Below are positions 50,325-64,000 of a stretch of 64,000 nt of DNA, piece after piece (position 1 is the first letter of the stretch; every line of letters starts with the position of its first letter). The notes beneath the pieces are model-generated. The model did not search any database. It worked only from the letters and a program-made list of their open reading frames with translations, and had not been told where the DNA came from. The position numbers and the translations under genes are program-made. The DNA is from Eledone cirrhosa (lineage: Eukaryota): contig OZ024743.1 in the NCBI GenBank assembly GCA_964016885.1, positions 313,844,001-313,908,000 on the forward strand. Reading direction: 5' to 3'.

Positions 50325-51003
50325 TATAAAGTTGTATTCCCGTCTGTTTGTTTGTTTGTTTGTTCACGAACTACTCCTATGGTCTGGGAGATAGACTCCA
50401 TATCCATATATATTCTGAAACTAAATTGCCCAGGGTACTTGGATAAGTATATTTCATTTTAATCAAAGGGTTGCGGGGGACACAAAAGCCCGCTGAAATC
50501 CTCCGCAGAAATTTTTCCCTTCGATTTATATGAAATTTAAACCATAGGTAGATGACAAAATATGATGCCTAGTCACAAAATTTAAGCACATTTCAATAAT
50601 ATTGATACACCCTAATGGGGGGGTTAAACTCCTTATTAGGGTTCCCTGGGGCCACAAACCCTCGCTGAAAACTTTTTCCCTTCGATTTATATAAAATTTA
50701 AACCATAGGTAAATGACAAGATATGATGCCTATTCACAAATGATTTGAATTGCTATTTTGGAAAAAATTATTTACAAGAAACAAAATAGGAATAAGATTT
50801 AATAATGTAATTTTGATTTGATATATTACAAAAAATAAAGTTTTCCCTTTTTTCATGCATTACATTTTACATTGAGTTTTTCAATGCAGAGTTTTTCAAT
50901 GCAGAGTCTTTCTCCATAAATTATGTCACTGATTTAAAATCAATCATCATTTTCTTACAAAAAAAAAATGTGAAACGCAGCAAGGCACGAGTATTTCGGG
51001 TAG
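50325..51003 (+). mobile_element. Probable second non-autonomous Helitron, head-to-head with the first
   Basis: (GTTT)n near the 5' end, internal duplication 50510-50580/50672-50740, and a degenerate GC-rich end followed by GTAG|T. Confidence 0.45.
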
Positions 51004-51163
51004 TATATATATATATATATATAGTAATAATAATAATTTTGAAGACTAAAATCCAAATATTTATTGAAATAAGTGATTAAAGTTTAAGCAAAGAATCGCT
51101 TCAGGAGATCCCATTAGGGGTGAAAGCAGCGATTCTTTGCTTAAAATTTAATCTGTTATTTTA

Positions 51164-51202
<39 letters not shown>

Positions 51203-51999
51203 TAACAGATTAAAGTTTAAGCAAAGAATCGCTGCTTTCACCCTTAACGGGATCTTCTGAAACTGTTTCAGAAGATCCCTTTAAAGGTGAAAGCAGCGAT
51301 TCTTTGCTTAAACTTTAATCTGTTATTTTAATAAATATTTGCCATACGTTTCTTATATATTTGATATATATTTATCCTTATCGAGCCCTCTTTGGATTTT
51401 AGTCTTCAAATTTATTATTATTACTATATATATAAAGTTGGTTGAAGAGCAAAATTGCTGTTGATAACGTGAAATTCCTTGTTCGATCATTATGCTGAAA
51501 GTTTATAGTTTTAAGCAGGCAGTATTATTGATTTAAGTGTCATAGAAACCCTGCATTTGGATTTTACCATCAATTCCACTTGGGTCCAGGTCTGTTTATA
51601 TCATTTATTTTGTTTGACCTACTTAGCTTGACTTGTTTTTTGGCTTAGGTAGTTAATGCCTTCTTGACCACTTTTCAGTCTGTATGGCGTTTTAACATAT
51701 TGTTTAGCTCTAGTTTTCTTAACTATTGGAGCGCTTGCCAGCATATCTACGATTTTGGGTTTCGTTTCGCTTTTTCTACCAGCCGAAATACGATTCTCGC
51801 TGAATATATAATATATATATATATATACATGGAAAGTTATATTTAAATTGTTGGGTTAACAACGAGTAAATATTTATAACTGATATAAAAGCACTCAACA
51901 AGTATTTGGAGTATATTTATGATATTAAATAAATGGAAACTATAAATATATATAACGAAATAAATATGGTTTTATAAATATAGTTTCCATTTATTTAAT

Positions 52000-52148
<149 letters not shown>

Positions 52149-52372
52149 GTATGATATATATATATCAAAAGTATATATTGAGTTAAAAGCTCGCAATAGT
52201 CCCTTATAATTAAATTAGCTCAAGCAAAAAGTTTCCGAGCCTTATATAATGTAATAAAGAATGACAAACACAGATATATACATATACACGTTCAAATCAC
52301 AAGGGGCGGTTAACTTCCCTTGTGACTTGAACGCATATATGTATATATCTGTGTTTGTCTCTATTATATAAG

Positions 52373-52414
<42 letters not shown>

Positions 52415-53004
52415 AGTAATGTAAGCATAATGCCAACACTAATTCAGGTATGTAAGTGACTATACCATCAAGATGAAAAAATATTTAATGTAAGATGAGG
52501 GAAGAGAGTAATACAATCTTAATTCAAAACAAATCAAGAAGAAAAACTTTGTCATCAAACTTTTTGTAAGTTGGGGAAAAAGCAATATATTTATATGTAT
52601 AAGTAAATAAGTTGTCTAAAAATTGCTAATCACTTGAAGTTGTGTCACTCAATTTTAAATACAATGCATGCTTAAACAAATCGTCGGGATGATTTGTTTA
52701 AGCATACATTGTATTTAAAATTGAGTGACACCACTTCAAGTGACTAGCAATTTTTACACAACTTAATCAATGAAACAATTGTTAATACTGTAAATAAAAC
52801 CCTTTTGTACTGTTGACCATGTTATTCTTCACTCTTTCACTATTATTACTCCAAGATTAACCTGCATAGGAACACCCCAGAACTCGCTAACTCGCTACCC
52901 AAGGAAACCTCTTGTTGAGTCAAACAACGTCGTACGCTAAAACTATCCACAATACGGAGTATTCACAACCTCTAACTGGATTACCTATAACGATAATTTG
53001 TTAT

Positions 53005-55632
<2,628 letters not shown>

Positions 55633-57596
55633 GATATATAGATATATTATGCATATATTTTTATAATCATACATCTCTCTCTCTCTCTCCGTATATGGCT
55701 TCTACAGGATCAGATATATATATAGAGAGAATCTCTCTCTCTCTCTAGCTCTCTCTCTATATATATGGCTGTATAATATTTCAGTTTAACTCCTATCAAG
55801 GGACCATTTGAAGTAGATTATTGACTGGACCATCTACTCTAGAATTGGGTAACTTACAGAATCTATGAGGATCATATTGATTTATCAAAATAAAAAGTAA
55901 TTATATATATATATATAATTACTTTTCAAATTTGTATTGAATAAATACAATATATATATATGCCATGAACGTACTCTATCAGAATTAATCCATACCTTGG
56001 AGCTTCACCTACCTCTCTTAATACTCTCTGTGATGTATAGTCATTGGTATAAACATTATAAAAATATTTCATATTTAGGTATAGAGGTAGAGGGAGAAAG
56101 AAAATAGAGAGAAGAAAGCGAGTGAGGGAAAATAGTGGGACATTTCTAATTTATTGTTGTTGATTCCTGGTCAGGGCAGATACACCAGTGAATGGCTTAC
56201 ACAAGAAGATTTTCTTTTTCTTAAAGAATAGCAATGTTTGATCTATGGGAAAAGTGGCTGCTATATTTAGCCAGCTACAAGACCAGATTTTGCCTTTGTT
56301 TGGCGCATGAAATATATGATATTAGACGTCACGGCAGAACTACATACATTATTGATATTGATGTTTATCCGTTTTTTTTGTGTTTTTTTTTTTGTGGGGC
56401 GCGCACTTGAAATGTTTAAGAGTTTTAAGGCCAGTGGCCTGAGTAACCGATGACGTGAAACCAATCCCATGATTGATTCAATATTTACTGAGCATAAAAT
56501 CACTTAAATAATTGACTATACAATAAAAATAATTGTGATCTTCGTTTATTAAGATAGTTGTCTTAAATGTTCAGGACAAATATACTGTGGTATTTATTCA
56601 ATACAAATTTGAAAGTCGTTATGTTAGCAGAATCATTCGTGCATCGGTCAAAACGCCTTGCAGCATTATTCCAGTTTTTCATATTCTCATTATTATTGTT
56701 AAGCTAGAGTTTGGGATATATCAACATTTTCATACATAAAATAATGGTAGAAAGATTGTATATAAATTTAAATATGAAGACTTTAAAACAACTTGTATCA
56801 TATAAACATGTGTGGTTTGCTATGAATTGATGTGAGAAGGGTTAAACTACATGCTATTTCGAAGATATTATTCCAATTTTAGAATAAAAGGACAATGGTG
56901 TATGATTGGTGTTGCGATCTGGACTCCCCTATCTACGATAGATAATAATTAGACATTATTAGTTTCTCTATCATCGGATAATAGTACATTTGCGAAACAA
57001 TATAAAATTACATGTACACACACATACATGAATGAGGAAACTGCATACAGGAGAATTAAAAGAAAGCAATATACAAACAATATAAATGACAAAGTATTAA
57101 GATATTATCGATCTAGAAAAATATTTAGGTGTAAAATATCAGAGTTTAAAGAGGATGAAAAAATTAAAATGTTGAGAGAATGCGAATGTAATAATCTAAT
57201 TTTATTTTCTCTCCTTTCTTCAATGAGCAAGTTTCCAATCTCATAGTCTCTCATACGATTATATTAATCACACATGAAGAATCTTTACTCACTACTTCAC
57301 AATGCACCTGCATTTAGATATAGCTTGCATATAACTGTATTAATTTATTGAGATTATTTTGCGATAAAAAATACGTAATCTTAATATTTTGTATAAAAAA
57401 ATACACACACACACGCACACATACATACACGCACACAGCGAACCTAATATGCATACATTTTAGCAAACGATGTATATAAATATGCAGAAACAAACAAAAC
57501 TTGAACAAAAAAATTAGATATTAGCAGTAATAGTAGTAGATAACAGGTGATGTAGGCCTATATTTGCTTCATAGATCACAATTCAATTAACTTACA

Positions 57597-57673
<77 letters not shown>

Positions 57674-60600
57674 ATGTGTGTGTATACAAATACTAGATAG
57701 ATTGATAGACTGAGTGGGGGTGAAAGAGAGAAGGGAAATGTTGAGACAATTGAGACAGCTCATATACAATATTTGCTTTATATTCTAAAAGAAAGAAAAA
57801 AAGGTGTTAAATCCATGAAAACTAATAATGTTTAAAATGATGTCCTGGAAGATGAGGAGTGTCATGTATTATGACTAAGAGTTTGGAGAAAATCTTTGAT
57901 AATTTAGTCATAAATATTTCTAGCATAGGCATAAAGTTACACAAAGTGCGTAGATATGTTGAATCGATAAAGGAGGTCTAGAAATTGATTGATACTTATT
58001 TTATTGATTCAGAGTTGTTGAAAATTAGAGACATTTAAAAACACACGCATATACACACGTATATCTACATACGCACTTACATTTGTGGCTACATGCGTGT
58101 GTGTTTGTGAGTGTGTGTGTTTGTGTATGAGAACCACCTGCCGTGCACCACTGATAAACGATATTGCACCAATTCTCAAGAAAAAAAGTATTTCTAACGT
58201 CATATATCAATTAAGGTTCAATAGAGCGTCAACCGCTAGATTGGAATGCAAACAGGGCAAAATTGAACACATTTACAAAAGGTGATTAACACTAAATATA
58301 ACAAGGTCTCTTTGGAAACGAATTTAATTAGTTTCAAGATTTCATTCGTTAACACGTCCATTAAAATGAATGTACTTAGAAACAATATTTCAACCAAAAC
58401 GAAATCTACATAAATTTCATGCTTTTAAAAATGAATTAAATACAAATTATAAATAAAATTAAATCTATGTAATAAAACGATGTAATTATTGTACCGTAAA
58501 TACAAACAGGAACAAATAGAAACAGCCAACGGAATATAAAAGACACCCAAGCAAAACACAGTCACCTGCTCGCAAAAGTTGCGCAGGTTTGCCTAAGTGG
58601 TCTTTCCTAACCATAGTTTTAATTTCTCATTTTTGTGTGAACATATTTTATAGCCGTGATTTTAATTTTTATCAAATTAATGGAAAATCATTCGTTACCA
58701 TGACGTTCATTACGACAATGTTCACTGTACGTCTAATGCATTCAAAGATTTATATGTTGTGAGGTAATCTACGAGAAATCACCGTAAGAGAGCGAAAGAT
58801 GCTCGGCAATGTGTGACGCATGTTGAAGAAGAGAGAAATGAATACAGCGCTCAACTAGAAGCATGAGGTGTGGCAGCCCTGTCAAAATGTGGCTTGTGGA
58901 CTGTGGAGGAAGACCTAGCAGACATGTTGCTATCCTGGGACCACATGCTTATGTCAGAGCTGTGACCGTGCTGGGTGGAGACCACTCGTCATCTGATCCA
59001 CCAACGGTAACAGGATGGATAAAATACTCAACTGTAATCAAGAAAACGCGGTTGTTTACCTTCATTTTTATATATCTAATGAAATTCATTGTATAATATA
59101 TATAATAATCTCATGATTGCAACATTGAAAATTATGATGGCAGGTTTTAAATTAAATAGAAACAGTAAAACAACGGGTTTCAATAATAAAATCAAGATCA
59201 CTTTTAGTTAGTTTTCTATCAAAGGGGTTAAATGTATTTTCTGTTTTAAATTTTAGAATTTCAGCGAAATGTCACTGAAGCCTTTGCTCTCACCTATTTC
59301 CGTCATAGAAAAAAAATTAACAGCTGAAATAACGGTTGACATACCTTGTTTCTTATCTGGTAAGTATCTAGTGTTTTATGTAAAAAAGGAATTCTTTCGA
59401 AGTTCAGTAGTAGCATGATGTAATAGAATGATACACAGAATGTTAATGGTTCTATTGTTTGTCATTTCCTGCTTGTCATAAATCAATTTGGTGTAAGTCT
59501 TAATATATCCCAATGTTTATCTACAAACATTCTAATCAAATAATAGGATTATATTTCAATATAAAGACGGTACCTATAGCATAAATATTCTTACTACGGT
59601 GACGTGCTGTTAAGCAAGAACATTCAATCAAAGCTACTTTGCATAATATATATCGGAAAGAAATGTATAACACGTTAAAATTGAATTGAAGTAGCTTAGT
59701 GTGGAATTTCACGCCGATTCAATTAGAATAACTACATAAAATACCAATGTCATTACATTATATAACAAATGTTTAAATGTAAATTAAACTCTCTATAATT
59801 TTCACCGTGCTATTTGGTAAATATCTCAATTGTATATTAGTTGTTTTATTCTTATTTCTTTGTACAGAAGACAGAAGCTAACAGCGAAACTTAAGACGTA
59901 TTTTGAAAGTGAAATCGTTTTAGCTGGGAAAAGAGACAGTCATTGTTTCTAGAGCATTTTAAAACCTGGCGGAGCTAATGTCCTCTCCAAGTCAGCAGAT
60001 TTGTTCCAGAGAAGGACAGAATGAGAGAATAGAAGTAAGAAAGAGATATAGAGAACGAATCGATCCAGATACCAGGTTAGTACATTTATATCGCCCTCGA
60101 ATGGATGAAAGGCAAAGTTGACTTTGGCAGAATTTGTACTCAGAGAGCAAAGAGCCGAAATTAATACTGCAAAGCATTCTATCCGACGTTTTAATGACTC
60201 TGCCAATTCGCGGCGTGTAAGAGATTAAATAGTGTTAATTAGCCATTAAAACGTAGCAAATTGTAATAAGTAAATTTTTGATCAGAATATCCTGAAATGA
60301 TACGATCACTTCTTGTGAATGCACAACACGTAGCCACGGGTATTCTGCGGTCGTATGATGATGGTATTCCGTAAACTATTCAAGTGAGTCCTTTATATGG
60401 TCTCTTCATTCTTGTTATTGTCAAGCTAAGAAATCTCAGTATAGTACTAAGGCAAGGTATATGGAAGCTATATAAACATTCTGCTGGTATTTCCCCGTCT
60501 CACAAGCTGTACTATTGTGTCAAATTTAATTACATAATATTTCCCCCTTTTCTCTATAGCAAATATTAGGCATTCCCTAGCCCCAGTGAATGGAGAGTTA

Positions 60601-61599
60601 TTAAAACAAGGATGAACCGAAGGGATATCTTTTTTCTGTTGTTCTTCACATTAAAATAATATTTCGCATTAGAGTTTGCAATAAAGTCAGTAACATTACT
60701 TATATAAACAGCCACTGGCGGTTTCATTCCGCTGCCGATAAAATAAAGTACCAATGAAGCACTGTCTCGATTTAATAGACTTTCCTCTCTTAGCAAAATT
60801 GCTGATCTTGTGTCTATATGGATGTATAGTCCCATAAAACCTGAGGGAGTCATACGGGCGCCGTATTGACATGCAGCGTGCCTAAAGTATTTCTAAACCT
60901 AGGGGAGCCCTTCCATCTCCTGGTCTGAATTCAGCTGATTTCTCCAAGAGAGAGATAGAGAGTAAGAGAAGTAAGAATGTGATAAAAAGGAAGAATCGAT
61001 CTCAGTACTAGACTTGTGATTTTTATTAACCTTGAATGGATAAGAGGCAGGGACGATTTCAGTGGTATTTGAATTCGAAGAGCCGACAGCCAAAAAGAAT
61101 AACGCAAAATATTCTATCCGACGATCTAACGATTCTGTCACTTCACGCCTTTCATCCTTACGGGGTCGATAAAATAAAGTACCAGTAATGCACTGGGTAA
61201 TTGCTGGCCTTGTGCCTAAAGTAGAAACAAATATTAAGGTGTGTTACGTTCTGTTTTCAAATCTCACCGCGGTTAAATTTGTCATTTTTGCCCCCGAAAT
61301 TCATAAAATAAAGTACCAGTCAAGTAATAGCTTGATTTAATTGACTCCTTTTTTTGCCACAATGTTCTGACCTGGTGTTCGAATTATAAACCATTAATGT
61401 GAATTAATATATGAGATACACAAACTAAACCTTTTTTTGTGTATATATGTATGTATGTTCTCTCTTTGTTTTAATTCTGAATTTATATATGACAAGCCAC
61501 CATCCCGGTGGCATTTCTGTATAGAAAAGGAAATAGTCGTTGCCTCTTGCGTGGGAAATAGTCGTGGTCTCTTCATGCATTGAATAAAAAATGTTTTAT

Positions 61600-62700
61600 G
61601 CAATTTGAAGATTCTAGATATCGCGTTCTTTCTACACAAATCAACAAAAGGTCAGTCTCACTTTGGTATATAATCTGTACCGCCAGTAATAACGGGTATG
61701 AATCTAAACCTGTATCTTGGATACTGGATAAGCAAATTCCCCATCGATTGTCTGTAGTTATCCTTCTTCCCTTGCGTCTTTTGTTTACCATATTGACATT
61801 CATTGGGAAGCTGATATCTACAAAGGAGCATGTTTTTAATGTGTAGTTCCAAACAGAATTATCATTTTGATTCTGCTTTAATTAAATGATAGTTCTTATT
61901 TTTAAGTTCCACCAGTATTTGAGTCACCAGTTTCAACATAGTCCTCCATATTTGGTTTTATTTTCTTCTTCGCCTCATTGGGAGGTAGTAACAAGAAGGC
62001 ATTGTTTCACGGTTGGCATTAATCTGGCTAAAATCTTCAGTCTTCATTTTGCACACCGTGCATTTATTGTCAACTGATGATTTTCCTTTTTGTATATTAG
62101 GTATCTGTTGGGGATATCTTGTTCCTAGAATACATGGAGATATACTTGTCGGTTATGTTATGTTATGAGCTTGTCGGTACTCCGTATCAGGCTTTGAGTA
62201 TAGTGTATTCCCTTTATGGTCTGTTTTTCATCTTAAGTACCCATGTACCCACGTATACACTTCTCAGTGAATTGTTCCATTGTTTATTTTGTTCGAGCAT
62301 TGACTAGAGTCTTCCAATATTCCGGGGAGAAAGATTTGTATCAGGCTTTATTTCGTGTCCCTCCACTGGATAGGTGGCTATCCTAACAATTAGTTTCATG
62401 ATCATAACCCTGGGCGAGATAGCTGCTGACCTTTTCTTCTGTTGAAGATGTTAATTCTGTGTTATTATCCGTGTCTCGTAGGTTTTATTTTCTTGTGGAC
62501 AAAGAGATTCTTAGTTTTCATTAAAACATCTCTCTAGAACAAGGTCACTCTGATATAAAACCTGCGACTTCGTTTGCATCCAATGATGTAGACCAGTTCT
62601 TCTTTTTAGGCAAATGCATTCGATGTTCATAGAGTGGGATTGACTCCGTGCACAGCCATCGCTTTATATGTGACATATTTTGCTACGCATTGTATTGCTG
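61600..62700 (-). mobile_element. Possible highly decayed LTR-retrotransposon RNase H/integrase relic
   Basis: Only scattered frameshifted motifs (YIIGC, YGVP-DKL, QDTGL). Weak support. Confidence 0.3.
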
Positions 62701-62846
62701 GTCATGGGCAAGGCTGTAAAAAAAGCCACGTCTATGGTGCTCATGCTTACGTATCAAGCGGTGGAATTACTCGAAATCGAGTTGCAGCCATCATGTATGT
62801 ATGTATGTGAAACGTAAAAGGTAGGAAACGTATGTTAGGAAAATAA

Positions 62847-62882
62847 TCTTAACGTTTCGCACATTAGCCCCTCTTCAGACGA
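62847..62882 (-). ncRNA. Decayed minimal hammerhead motif
   Basis: CUGAAGA ggggcuaaugugc GAAACGUU. The core is intact but the stems are imperfect. Confidence 0.5.
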
Positions 62883-64000
62883 AAGAATGAGATAAAGGTG
62901 AGAGAACGGATTTCTTTGATTTTAAACTCACTGACATTTTAGTTTCTTTTAATGTACCTGCTACGTCCCCAATATATCCCCTATCTGCCAATCAACTCAT
63001 ATGTCTGCCCCTCGGTGAGATAAATCTGAATGAATCAGATTAATTTCTCATTTGTTATTAAAATGCGATAATCTTTATCTAAGTGGAATAATGCTTTTGT
63101 TGGTAACGTCGTATCCATACATACGTATGCATGTATGTATACATACATTGCCTTTAATATATATATATATATATATAAGCTTACGAATATAATATAATGT
63201 GTTATAAGTCTCTGATACTTAACAACGCTTAAAATAAACAGTATTGTAGTATTATACTTTCTTCTTCCGTTTGTCGGAATGTAATATCCTGAAAATGTAA
63301 GAATTCCGACAAACTATGGCGGAATACGATCACAGTAGTTTGATGTAAATATATAATAGTCGCCTGTCTTTTACAGATTTACGTAATCGCATGCGCACGT
63401 ACACGCAGACAAATAGAAGCATCTCTTACACATAAACACTCACACGCATTGCATAGACACGTGACTATTTACTCTTAGTGGTGTTTAATTTTCAGTTATC
63501 TTAAATATTTCTTCATGTTGTTTTCTTTCTTGAGCTTTTCTTCTCTGGATGTTACTCTTTTTTAATGTGAAATCCGAGTAAAGGAACAATTTTCTTTATG
63601 CTCTGTTTGTTTGCGGTTCTAATTATGTTTTGCCTATATACCTTTTTCCGTTTGTTTTACACCAATATAAACTTACATATTCCGTACTTGAGTGTATTTA
63701 CTGTTCTCTAGGTAAATATTCAGAAAATCTACTAGTTACTTTCGACAATAGGTCAGCAATATATCATGATGTTAGATAAATCAGAGACTAACATATTTGA
63801 TAAATATGATATAAATATAAATTCAGAAATATTAGTACGATGTACAAATATATACCAATTGGAGTCTGGCCTCAGCACAAGAGACCCAACATATACACAG
63901 GAGAGCTTCGTTTACTGTCTTTTGAAAAAGAGGTCCTAACTACAAAATATAAAACAAAGATATGTAAACCTGTATTTTTCCGTAATTTACTGTATTTTCC

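Overview
Eukaryotic, AT-rich, repeat-saturated DNA with no intact host gene that I can support. The SINE fragments and long (TA)n, (CA)n and (TATC)n tracts resemble an octopod cephalopod genome (inference). The window holds: (i) at least four protein-coding Penelope-like element (PLE) families (RT plus C-terminal GIY-YIG), all decayed, mostly in (TA)n tracts with pseudo-LTRs and inverted ends; (ii) many short non-coding hairpin insertions built the same way; (iii) about ten unrelated hammerhead ribozyme (HHR) motifs, including canonical minimal ones, two families with a compensatory U3-A8 core, and one ~430-bp retrozyme-like repeat whose segment ends fall at the predicted cleavage site; (iv) three tandem L1/Tx1 LINE insertions in one (TATC)n microsatellite; (v) an RTE LINE with an inverted 5' part; (vi) probable non-autonomous Helitrons, SINEs and other relics. 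Most short ORFs in the track are microsatellite or antisense artefacts. All structures were read by eye, and no folding or database search was run.
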